This document shows positions 38,623 through 47,414 of a stretch of DNA of 64,000 nucleotides, one piece after another. The stretch lies in the NCBI GenBank assembly GCA_964584125.1, contig CAZOYP010000001.1:54952-118951 (forward strand), given 5' to 3'. The position numbers were made by a program, and so were the translations under genes. The stretch's first letter is position 1; the number at the start of each line of letters is the position of its first letter. Below the pieces are notes generated by a model, which saw only the letters and a list, made by a program, of their open reading frames with translations, searched no databases and was not told where the DNA came from. The DNA comes from an uncultured Nitrospinaceae bacterium (lineage in GTDB: Bacteria > Nitrospinota > Nitrospinia > Nitrospinales > VA-1).

Positions 38623-38883
38623 TTAATTAACAAGATTTTTGCCATCTACTTTTCTTGGAATTTCAAGACTTGATTCCCTAGATGAGTCTATTTTTTTAAA
38701 CTCTTCCCAGTCATCACGAAAAAAATTAAACCCTACAAAATTAATTGCCTGCATAATTTCAAGGTCTGAAAACTTTCCTTCTCCATCATCAACATCTCTA
38801 ATAGAATCTTCGATTGATTCGCATAATTTTGCAAACCTCTCATCATCGGACATCATTGAATCTTTCATGAAATTAAATGGCAT
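38623..38883 (-). CDS. Small acidic hypothetical protein
   Basis: This 86-aa ORF has a balanced, protein-like composition. The mirrored plus-strand ORF (38639-38902) is Ser-rich and low-complexity, so it is probably an artefact. Confidence 0.45.
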   Translation of the reverse strand: MPFNFMKDSMMSDDERFAKLCESIEDSIRDVDDGEGKFSDLEIMQAINFVGFNFFRDDWEEFKKIDSSRESSLEIPRKVDGKNLVN

Positions 38884-38919
38884 ATTAAGTCCTAAAAATT
38901 AATATCATCAAAAAATATA

Positions 38920-39585
38920 CTAATATATAGATTGAAATTTTTTTACAGTTGAAACAAGATCAGAAATATCAGCTTCAATAGATTCAAACTCTTTATTTTT
39001 CATTCGAGAAACAGTAAATATAGATCCTCCAATTGCTATTGCAGATGCACCTGATCTAAGATACTCAACTGCATTAGTTACATTTATACCACCAACAGCC
39101 ATCAATTGAAACTTTTCAAATGGTCCTTGAATAGTATTAAAATAATTCGGACCCATTTGAGAGGCTGGAAAAACTTTTATCATCGTGGCTCCACTACACC
39201 ATGCCTTTTCAATTTCTGTTGGAGTAAGAGCACCAGGAAAATAAGCTAACCTCTTTTTAATACAATAAGCTGCTATATCAATACTTAGTGTTGGTGACAC
39301 AAAAAACTTGGCACCAGCATTTTCCGCCTCTTTTAAATCTTTTAAGGAAAGAACTGTTCCCGCGCCAACACAGAGCTCATCTGAAAATTGTTGAGATGCT
39401 AGATCAATCAGAGACAGTGCGTTTTCTGTATTAAGAGTCAATTCAACATATTTAAGGCCACCAGAAACACAAGAATCCAGTACTCCATGAACTGAATCTT
39501 GAGTCGCACCACGAATAATTCCTAGAACTGGGTTCTCTTGAAATTGATTTAAGTTGAAAGCTAATTTTTTCACCAAATGCTTCAA
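38920..39585 (-). CDS. KDPG/KHG aldolase family protein (Eda-like)
   Basis: It has GIIRG, VELTLNT, GAGTVL, FFVSP and the Schiff-base lysine context MIKVFPA, plus GGIN...IGGS. Confidence 0.7.
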   Translation of the reverse strand: MKHLVKKLAFNLNQFQENPVLGIIRGATQDSVHGVLDSCVSGGLKYVELTLNTENALSLIDLASQQFSDELCVGAGTVLSLKDLKEAENAGAKFFVSPTLSIDIAAYCIKKRLAYFPGALTPTEIEKAWCSGATMIKVFPASQMGPNYFNTIQGPFEKFQLMAVGGINVTNAVEYLRSGASAIAIGGSIFTVSRMKNKEFESIEADISDLVSTVKKFQSIY

Positions 39586-40532
39586 GCACTGTCGCTTTGA
39601 GCAAGGCTATCAAAAAAACCTAGGTAATCATCTTTATTGTCTGATTTTCTAAGTTTCATGCCTGCCCTTGGATGCAAATCAAGAATCCCCGTAATCATAT
39701 ATGGAATTGTGTAACCCCATTCAATTTCATCTTTCAATTTCACAAAATGACTCTCAAGAATTTCCAAGATCGGCCGCAAATCATATTTAGGATTTTTAAG
39801 AAATCCAAGCAGTAACTCCAAGGGACAGTTACCTGCAGCCCGGCCAATACCAAAAATAGTTCCATCTAAAAAGTTTACATTTTGTATAATTGCTTCAATC
39901 GTATTAGCAAAAGCCAATTGCTGATTATTGTGTGCGTGTATACCTATTTCTTTGGTGGGCATTAGCGACTTATATTTTTTTGCTAAATGTGAAATCTGTT
40001 CAGAATAAAGAGCACCAAAACTATCCACAAGATACAACGCATCTACATTTGACTCTTTTTCTACTTGCATTAACGCCTCATCTAATTCTAGTTCTCTTGC
40101 GTGAGATACGGCCATCAGGTTTATTGTCACCTCATAACCCTTTCCTTGTATCTGGTTTGCTAAGTCAATCGCTTTATCAATATCTTTTACATAACTAGCC
40201 ACGCGCATCATATTAATCAAGCTTTCACTCTTCTGAGGTATTGTGGAAGGATCTACTCGGCCAATATCAACCATTACAGAAATTTTACTTTTAACTTGTT
40301 CTCCATTAATAACCTTTTCAATATCCTTTTCACTACAAAATTTCATCGATCCATATTCACTTCTCGAAAATTGACTTTCGTCAGCTTTATAGCCAAGTTC
40401 TATATAATCAACTCCCGAACTATTAACGGACTTAAAAACAGCAGAGAGAAAATCATCAGTAAATAAGTGATTATTCATAAGACCACCGTCTCGAATGGTA
40501 CAGTCTAAAACCTTGATTTCTTTACGATACAT
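39582..40532 (-). CDS. HMGL-like (DRE-TIM) aldolase / pyruvate carboxyltransferase-domain protein
   Basis: It has VLDCTIRDGG, DSFGA and IHAHNNQQLAFANT. ATG at 40532 follows GAGGA, so the ORF-track TTG at 40562 is probably an over-extension. It overlaps the eda-like start by 4 nt. Confidence 0.7.
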   Translation of the reverse strand: MYRKEIKVLDCTIRDGGLMNNHLFTDDFLSAVFKSVNSSGVDYIELGYKADESQFSRSEYGSMKFCSEKDIEKVINGEQVKSKISVMVDIGRVDPSTIPQKSESLINMMRVASYVKDIDKAIDLANQIQGKGYEVTINLMAVSHARELELDEALMQVEKESNVDALYLVDSFGALYSEQISHLAKKYKSLMPTKEIGIHAHNNQQLAFANTIEAIIQNVNFLDGTIFGIGRAAGNCPLELLLGFLKNPKYDLRPILEILESHFVKLKDEIEWGYTIPYMITGILDLHPRAGMKLRKSDNKDDYLGFFDSLAQSDSA

Positions 40533-40764
40533 ACAAATCCTCTGGAAAAAGCAATTTCTCAAACCAAACTATATGGCATTAAAAAAATATACAATGTTTT
40601 TGTAAGTATTATATTTTGAAGACCCAATAAGGTCAATCTTTAATTAAAATCAATGATTTACTATATTAAAATTATCACATGATTTCAAATTGGAAGAGTT
40701 TGATTAGGTATTATATACTCAGTCCCTCAAGAAACCTTTCAACTATTACTTTTTAGTTAAACTT

Positions 40765-41187
40765 ATGAATTTTTGGCTTGTTAAACAAGAACCATCGCAA
40801 TATAGCTGGGATCAGTTTCTTCTAGATAAAGAAACATACTGGGATGGAGTACGTAATTATCAAGCCCGCAACAATCTCAAAAAAATGAAAAAAGGTGATC
40901 TTGTATTTTTCTACCACAGTGTAATAGGAAAGGAAATTAAGGGAGTGGCAAAAGTTTCCAAAGAATATTTTACTGACCCAACATCAGATAACTCGGACTG
41001 GGTGGTTGTTAACCTAAAACCATACAAATCATTAGCATTAAGCGTTACCCTCAATGATATTAAAAGCGAACAAAAATTAAGTGATATTGCTCTAATTAAA
41101 CAGTCTCGACTATCTGTTATGCCGCTCACTAAAAATGAGTTTAAGATTATTCTAAAAATGGGCAGAACAAAAATAAACGGCCTATAA
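40765..41187 (+). CDS. EVE (PUA-like) domain protein
   Basis: It has MNFWLVKQEP...YWDGVRNYQARNNLKKMKKGDLVFFYHS. Confidence 0.8.
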   Translation: MNFWLVKQEPSQYSWDQFLLDKETYWDGVRNYQARNNLKKMKKGDLVFFYHSVIGKEIKGVAKVSKEYFTDPTSDNSDWVVVNLKPYKSLALSVTLNDIKSEQKLSDIALIKQSRLSVMPLTKNEFKIILKMGRTKINGL

Positions 41188-41192
41188 TTAAA

Positions 41193-41879
41193 ATGCACCG
41201 TAACAAATGTCAAACTCTAAAAATTAAATATTATTACATCTTTTCGCAATGCATTCTTATCACATCATTTGCTTTGCCCGCATTTGCAAATCCACCTTGT
41301 GATGAATTAATTACCCCACTTCTTAAAAGTACTAACAAAATAGAATTAAATGGCGGTCTTTGGGAATACTTCGAAAAAGACCCCTTTTTACAAAAATATT
41401 CTGCAGAAGCTATACAACTTGAATCACGCATTAACAAGGTGTTTTTCGCCCTTAATTATCTATGTGAAACAAAAGATGGCATCCCCTTTAATGATTTAGC
41501 AACATATCTCTCACAAAGCATTTCCGAAAAAGGGGAAACTGCCTTTAAGGCAGAACTTATTACTTTGGGTAAAACTACTCAACAAATTAAAAACTGGTTT
41601 GACTTTTTTAAGTATGCACAAAAACATAGGTTTCGTACTCTTGACTCATCCTTAATCCGATCAACCATCAACAGATTTATCCCATTAATAAAGAATTACA
41701 CCTCTTTGACAATGAAAATCGAACATGCAAAATCATCAGAAAATTTATATGCAAAGACGCGCACTCTAAGAAAGCGAATAGATGCCTTTCTTTCTAGTGA
41801 TCCATATATAACTAAAGCTTTAGATGAAATCTCGCACGTGCCCTACTGGGATATTAATGAAAGTACTGGTGGATCCTGA
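41193..41879 (+). CDS. Hypothetical secreted protein
   Basis: It has an N-terminal hydrophobic signal (ILITSFALPAFA) and no recognised motif. It starts 5 nt after the EVE gene. Confidence 0.55.
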   Translation: MHRNKCQTLKIKYYYIFSQCILITSFALPAFANPPCDELITPLLKSTNKIELNGGLWEYFEKDPFLQKYSAEAIQLESRINKVFFALNYLCETKDGIPFNDLATYLSQSISEKGETAFKAELITLGKTTQQIKNWFDFFKYAQKHRFRTLDSSLIRSTINRFIPLIKNYTSLTMKIEHAKSSENLYAKTRTLRKRIDAFLSSDPYITKALDEISHVPYWDINESTGGS

Positions 41880-41925
41880 TTTAATTAAATCTACCCAACC
41901 AAAACAAAAAAAATGAAAGGACCTA

Positions 41926-42732
41926 ATGAAATTTTTTTTAATTATAGGTGGAACAGGAGTCATGGGAACATCCGCTATAAGAGCGATACGTGAGTATTTT
42001 GATAAAAATATTCAAATTATTGCTAACTGGTACGGAAAAGAAATTCCTGGGTTTGAAGTCGAAGGCGCTGACTGTACAATTTTTGGAGACATAACTGACC
42101 AGAAATGTAGAGAAAAAATTAAGAAATACAATCATGGGAAGTTTGATTATATGTTTTATGCGACAGCTCTTGGAGAAGTTGGCATTCCAATAAAAGATGC
42201 TACCAAGGATCAAATTGATCGCTCAAACAAACTTTCGTTTGATCCAATTCCTCAACTTGAAGATGAACTAGATATAGGGACTACAGTAGCTTATTCGACA
42301 TTTTATACGATACGACATCAACTTAGTACTTATGGAGCAATGGGATACTCAAAGGAGAGCATAGAGAAGTGGACCATCGACTCAGGAGGATCTTCAAAGC
42401 ATGCTTGTATCCGTGCTGGACTTTTTGAGTCTGCTTCCTCGAGAGGAATAAAATTACTTCTTAGAAAAACCTCAAAAAACCTAGATAATTTAAAAGATCC
42501 TCTTCTAAGGTCATATTTCGAAAATACTCCTTCCAGTGAAGGAATTAAAAAGTTTGAAGCAGGTATTTTTACAGAAGAGAAAGAAGCTTTTGGAGATTGC
42601 CGGACCAACAAGGAAGATCTTTTTAGAGCGCATATTGAGCTATTCAAATCGGACAATCCAGTATTTATAAATGTTTGCGGAAAAAAGGTATGGCCAAGCG
42701 AGGCCCCTCTATTACTTAAAGAATATATATAA
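41926..42732 (+). CDS. Divergent NAD(P)-binding Rossmann/SDR-like protein with a FabI-type Y-x6-K motif
   Basis: It has the N-terminal IIGGTGVMGTSA and the motif YGAMGYSKESIE (compare the FabI Y-x6-K block YNVMG-x-AKA-x-LE). The function is an inference. Confidence 0.4.
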   Translation: MKFFLIIGGTGVMGTSAIRAIREYFDKNIQIIANWYGKEIPGFEVEGADCTIFGDITDQKCREKIKKYNHGKFDYMFYATALGEVGIPIKDATKDQIDRSNKLSFDPIPQLEDELDIGTTVAYSTFYTIRHQLSTYGAMGYSKESIEKWTIDSGGSSKHACIRAGLFESASSRGIKLLLRKTSKNLDNLKDPLLRSYFENTPSSEGIKKFEAGIFTEEKEAFGDCRTNKEDLFRAHIELFKSDNPVFINVCGKKVWPSEAPLLLKEYI

Positions 42733-42894
42733 ATTTAGCTGAGTTTTTATAAATCCACACAAGTAGTGATCCCAAACCACAAGAATAAATTGATTTTATA
42801 GAAATTTAAGATAATAATAATTAAAAATCAAATACATATTGCGCCCAGAAAAACAAACTAATAATTATTTTATTTTTTTCCAAAATTATCGGAT

Positions 42895-44685
42895 ATGAAA
42901 ATTGCCTGCACTCATTGCCAGACTGTATATCAAGTAGATATTTCTGAAGTAAACCCTGAGGGAATTGAGTTTAAATGTGCAAAGTGCGGCAATTTTTTTT
43001 TAATAACACCTAAAGATATCGACCAAGATAATCCAGGAATTCAAGACAATATGAAAGCTGAATCGACTCGCTATTCTGAAGATGATAATCTCAATTCACT
43101 CGTTTCAAGCGTTGTTGGTGACCTTAAAAATTATGGTAACAGGCTGAATAATCAGCTAAGCAAATTGTCAGATATTGGGATAGCTCTGTCAGGTGTTACA
43201 GATCTCACAGTTTTATTAGAAATGATTGTTGACCAGGCTAGGGAATTCACCAATGCAGATGCTGGAACTTTATATCTTATTGAAGATAATCAACTCCATT
43301 TTAAAATTGTTCAAAACAATAGCTTAGGGATAAGAATGGGAGGAACTTCAGGTAAGGATATTCCATTTCCTCCAGTTGAATTGAAAGAAAGTAACGTTTC
43401 TGCCTTTGTAGCAATCAAAGGGAATCCGGTAAATATCCCTGATGTCTACAAAACCGACCTCTTTGATTTCACAGGCCCAAAAAAATTTGATAAATCATCT
43501 GGTTATCGATCCCAGTCCATGCTCGTTGTACCAATGAGAAATCATGAAAATGATGTTATAGGCGTCCTTCAGCTCCTTAATGCCCAGAATAGCAAAACAA
43601 GCAAAGTGATTGCATTTTCTAAGGATTATGAAAATCTAACTGAATCTCTTGCTTCTCAAGCTGCGGTTGCTGTTACAAATGCACAACTAGTTAGCGAAAT
43701 GTCAAAATTATTTGATTCATTTGCAGAGGTGATGGCAACAGCAATAGACGAAAAATCTCCTGTTACAGGAGGTCATATTCGACGGGTCGCAAACATGACA
43801 CTAACGTTTGCTGAAATTCTCACCGAGAATCAAGATCAATATAAAGACATTTCTTTTAATTCTGATCAGATGCATGAACTCAAAATAGCAGCTTGGATGC
43901 ATGATATTGGTAAAGTAACAACACCGGTAGAAGTTGTAGAAAAGGCAAAAAAACTTCAAACCATTTTTGATCGCATTGAATACGTTGATTTACGCATTTG
44001 CTTCATCATGGAACAATTAGAAAAAAGTTTTCTAAATGAAAAGATAAAAGAATTACAAAATGGAGCCGATATTGCAAAAATATCAGCCTTAGAAGATCAA
44101 CAGCAAATAAAAAATCAAGAATTGATGGAGATACGAGACTTTATTAAACAATGTAACAATCCTGGTGAATTCCTTGAAGACGAAAAGATATCACGTTTAG
44201 AGGAAATTTCTAAGATGACCTGGATAGATTTTGATGGTAATGAACAAGCATTTCTCAATGACGATGAAGTACTAAACCTATCCATAAGAAGAGGAAGTAT
44301 AACTGAATCTGAAAGAAAAAAAATGCAAAATCATGCTGCAGTAACTTTAAAAATGCTCCAAAAAATCCCTTTCACCAAAAAGTTGAAAAATATACCTCTT
44401 TATGCGGGAGCTCATCACGAATTCATTAATGGCGGCGGTTACCCTTTGGGCTTAAAGGGAGAAGAAATACCATTTGAAGGGAAAATAATGTGTGTAACAG
44501 ACATAGCAGAAGCCCTCACTGCGAGTGATAGACCTTATAAAAAAGCAATGCCGCTAGAAGTCGTTTACCGGATTCTTCGAGAAATGGCCGATAAAGGAGA
44601 GTTAGATAAAGAACTAGTTGAGTTTTTTATTTCAGAAGAAGTTTTTAGTAAATATAAAGAAAAACACGAATTAAACGGAAATTAA
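42895..44685 (+). CDS. Zinc-ribbon + GAF + HD-GYP domain protein (putative c-di-GMP phosphodiesterase/signalling protein)
   Basis: The N-terminus reads CTHCQTVYQV...FKCAKCGNFF (MJ0042-type). A central GAF-like region follows. The HD-GYP motifs are GGHIRRV, WMHDIGK and HHEFINGGGYP. Confidence 0.8.
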   Translation: MKIACTHCQTVYQVDISEVNPEGIEFKCAKCGNFFLITPKDIDQDNPGIQDNMKAESTRYSEDDNLNSLVSSVVGDLKNYGNRLNNQLSKLSDIGIALSGVTDLTVLLEMIVDQAREFTNADAGTLYLIEDNQLHFKIVQNNSLGIRMGGTSGKDIPFPPVELKESNVSAFVAIKGNPVNIPDVYKTDLFDFTGPKKFDKSSGYRSQSMLVVPMRNHENDVIGVLQLLNAQNSKTSKVIAFSKDYENLTESLASQAAVAVTNAQLVSEMSKLFDSFAEVMATAIDEKSPVTGGHIRRVANMTLTFAEILTENQDQYKDISFNSDQMHELKIAAWMHDIGKVTTPVEVVEKAKKLQTIFDRIEYVDLRICFIMEQLEKSFLNEKIKELQNGADIAKISALEDQQQIKNQELMEIRDFIKQCNNPGEFLEDEKISRLEEISKMTWIDFDGNEQAFLNDDEVLNLSIRRGSITESERKKMQNHAAVTLKMLQKIPFTKKLKNIPLYAGAHHEFINGGGYPLGLKGEEIPFEGKIMCVTDIAEALTASDRPYKKAMPLEVVYRILREMADKGELDKELVEFFISEEVFSKYKEKHELNGN

Positions 44686-44801
44686 AGCTGAAATCAAGTA
44701 AGAAGAATACATACACCTAAAGAGCTAATTAAAATTGTAATAAACTCGCAAAAACCCATCCAAGCAATTTCTTAAATCAAGACTATTAGATCCCTGTAAT
44801 G

Positions 44802-45044
44802 TTATTTTTTCTTAGGTTTATAAGGGCCTGTTCTTAAAAAATTATCATTCATTTTAAGGTGTTCATCTATTGTGATATCCTCTTCAACTCCTTTACTTTT
44901 AGGGTCGTCACTAAATTTTTTAAATGCACGAGTTTTCAATTTGCCAGACATTAAAGTCGATCGCCTTGTACGAACCTTAACTTTTTTTGGCTTAAGACTT
45001 TCTTTATATTTCTTTTTATCGTCATGAGATATATTTAAAACCAT
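44802..45044 (-). CDS. Small Lys-rich basic hypothetical protein
   Basis: This is an isolated 80-aa ORF with no recognised motif. Confidence 0.35.
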   Translation of the reverse strand: MVLNISHDDKKKYKESLKPKKVKVRTRRSTLMSGKLKTRAFKKFSDDPKSKGVEEDITIDEHLKMNDNFLRTGPYKPKKK

Positions 45045-45427
45045 AGCATCATAAATTTGAGATATTAAATAATAACAAGTAAATAAATTGGCTCATTAAA
45101 AATCAACTTATCACATAGTTTTATGCACATATCTAGCATAGCAAATTATGCCTATTAAAAAAATAAAACATTTAGTCCAGACTCCCTATAAGTCAACCTC
45201 AATTAATTAGAGAGGTTAATGATATTAATCGCTTTGAATTAGCCCGCTTACTCCATCAATTATCACCTAGAGGAAAAATTCATGTTTTTAATCTATAGAA
45301 TTCAAATTCAAAAAGCCAAGAATTTCTTTATGAAACATATTTAGACAGTCGGATGGAAAATGTTTTTTAGGGATTGTCACCTATCTACCAACAACCTCAT
45401 ATATTTTACTCAACACTATAAACTTTA

Positions 45428-45679
45428 TTACCCATCGGCACTTTCAGATATTGTAATCGACATTAATGGAGCATCAACTTCAACATACTCACCTTCAGAA
45501 ACATAGTATTCTTTTACTCTCCCGTTTACTTCAGAAAGCAAAGTAAAATAGCCTTCTGAAATTATTTCACATACAGCCATCCCTTTAATTACTTTGTCAC
45601 CAGGGTTAACTAGAAACTTATCCACTTTGCCCGAAGTCATTGTTGGATACATGGATGACATTAGAATATAATCTTCCAT
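45428..45679 (-). CDS. Biotinyl/lipoyl-like (barrel-sandwich hybrid) domain protein lacking the modifiable lysine
   Basis: It shows the pattern G-KV-x5-PGDKV-x-KG-x4-EI....L-x5-GRV-x7-GEYVEVDAPL. The E-(A/S)-M-K position reads EIISEG. Confidence 0.5.
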   Translation of the reverse strand: MEDYILMSSMYPTMTSGKVDKFLVNPGDKVIKGMAVCEIISEGYFTLLSEVNGRVKEYYVSEGEYVEVDAPLMSITISESADG

Positions 45680-45809
45680 TTATGCGCCTTTCTGAAGAAA
45701 TAACAAAAATTAATTATCTGCCTCTGTAATCCTTTAAAATGTATAATAAAACTTATAAGTTAAAAGCACTAAATAACTAAGTAATAACATTTTAAAAAAA
45801 AAGTAACAT

Positions 45810-46037
45810 ATGAAACTAAATGTTGGAGATGTGCTATTTGAATCAATGTCAAAAAATATAGGAGCAATTACCAAAATTTTTGACCACCCAGACGGGAAAA
45901 TAATAAAAATTCGATGGCGAATGGAGGGACATCTCCCGCATGACACAGAGCACTCGTACAAAAAAGTACTTCGTTGTGTAAAGAATGGTGAGTATGAGCT
46001 AACACCTAAATTTCCCACAAATAGAAAAATTAAGTAA
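45810..46037 (+). CDS. Small hypothetical protein
   Basis: This 75-aa ORF has a protein-like composition. The overlapping antisense ORF 45734-46018 looks like junk (F/S/I-rich). Confidence 0.4.
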   Translation: MKLNVGDVLFESMSKNIGAITKIFDHPDGKIIKIRWRMEGHLPHDTEHSYKKVLRCVKNGEYELTPKFPTNRKIK

Positions 46038-46061
46038 AAAAATTAATATATAATCCCTCCA

Positions 46062-46346
46062 TTATTGTTTATAAACAGTATGAGAAGGACGACCAGCTAA
46101 TATGCTTTCCTTCCCCCAGTTTGTAACTTGTTTGAATTTATCAGATTGACAAAAGTCATTGAATGCACTTTCAGACCCCCACTCTGATGCAATTAAGTAC
46201 GATTGACCTTCCGTCACATTCTTATACAAAAAAGATTTCTCATGACCATCTATGCCATTCATTGAATCAATAACCCCTAAACAAGCCTTCTCGAAAGTTT
46301 CTTCTTTCCCAGGTAAAACTTTATAATTCATTCCAATAGTAACCAT
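46062..46346 (-). CDS. Antibiotic-biosynthesis-monooxygenase (ABM/Dabb) domain protein
   Basis: At 94 aa it shows a ferredoxin-like ABM pattern (VTIGMNYKVLPGKEETFE...ASEWGSESAFNDF). Confidence 0.6.
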   Translation of the reverse strand: MVTIGMNYKVLPGKEETFEKACLGVIDSMNGIDGHEKSFLYKNVTEGQSYLIASEWGSESAFNDFCQSDKFKQVTNWGKESILAGRPSHTVYKQ

Positions 46347-46376
46347 TCTAAATCCTCAATATATTATGTTATGTTA

Positions 46377-47393
46377 TTAAGTAACTAACTCTATTTCCCT
46401 GCAAAGCTCTTCACCTGCAAGAATCACTTCCTTAAAACCAAAACGAGCCTTAATATAATGAATGTTCTCGCGCTTATTTCCGGTATAAACAGAAAGTAAT
46501 TTTTTTGGAACTCTAAATAAAATCTTTTTAGGTATTTGTGTCAAAGCAATAATTTTTTCAACCATTAAATCAAGACACAATTGGCTATCAACAAGGTAGC
46601 GTAAGGAAGGGTGAAATGGACCAGCTACCAGATTTTCTTCTAAAGACTTATCAGGCTGAACCCCAACCCTAATAACAGGAATGTTGTATTGCTTAAATAA
46701 TTTAATTGCACGTTTTAATGCTTTTAGAGTTCTTTCCATAGACCAAGGTATATATAAACCTTTTTTATACATTGAAAACAAGGCGGTATGACGCAAAACT
46801 AAAGTGGGATACAAGCGTACAAAATCAGGTTTCATATTGATAACATCTCTTACTGACTTTTGGAAAAGGCTCTCATTATCTCCGGGAAGGCCAAGCATTA
46901 ATTGGATACCTAACAAAAAATGTCGTTTTTTAATTAAGTCAATTGATTTAATTATATCTACTTTAGAACATGGTCTTCCAGATTTTTCAAGAACGTGTTC
47001 ACTGGTTGATTGAACGCCCAACTCAACGGTTTTTACACCATTTACTTTTATTAAATCAAGTCGATCTGAGTCTATAAACAAAGGGTGTGTTGACAAACGA
47101 ATGGAGTCCACTCGACCGTTGTTAAGAAATGGCCTTAGCACTGAAAAAAGTATTTTTTGCCTTTCTTTAGGTAACCCGGTAAAGCTTCCTCCGTAAAAGG
47201 CAACTTCACATTTTGTAGTGCGGCTTGCATTTAAATCTGGACCAAGATAGATTTTTAAAGCTTCTAAAATATGCGTTTTATCTGCCTTGTATCGAGTGCC
47301 AGTGATATCAACTTGACTACAAAAAACACAACGGTAAGGACACCCTTCATGCGGGATAAAAATTGGAACAATCAGTTTTTTCTTTTTCCTCAT
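46377..47393 (-). CDS. Radical SAM protein (ELP3/MiaB-like core)
   Basis: It has CPYRCVFCSQ (C-x3-C-x2-C) and a TIM-like core, and lies downstream of rnc. Confidence 0.75.
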   Translation of the reverse strand: MRKKKKLIVPIFIPHEGCPYRCVFCSQVDITGTRYKADKTHILEALKIYLGPDLNASRTTKCEVAFYGGSFTGLPKERQKILFSVLRPFLNNGRVDSIRLSTHPLFIDSDRLDLIKVNGVKTVELGVQSTSEHVLEKSGRPCSKVDIIKSIDLIKKRHFLLGIQLMLGLPGDNESLFQKSVRDVINMKPDFVRLYPTLVLRHTALFSMYKKGLYIPWSMERTLKALKRAIKLFKQYNIPVIRVGVQPDKSLEENLVAGPFHPSLRYLVDSQLCLDLMVEKIIALTQIPKKILFRVPKKLLSVYTGNKRENIHYIKARFGFKEVILAGEELCREIELVT

Positions 47394-47414
47394 ATTTAAA
47401 AAGCAAATCCTTCT

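Noticed and set aside
38639-38902. 87-aa plus-strand ORF mirroring the 86-aa minus-strand ORF
   Set aside because: It is a Ser-rich, low-complexity translation. The minus-strand frame has a balanced acidic composition and is co-directional with its neighbours, so only one of the two is likely real.
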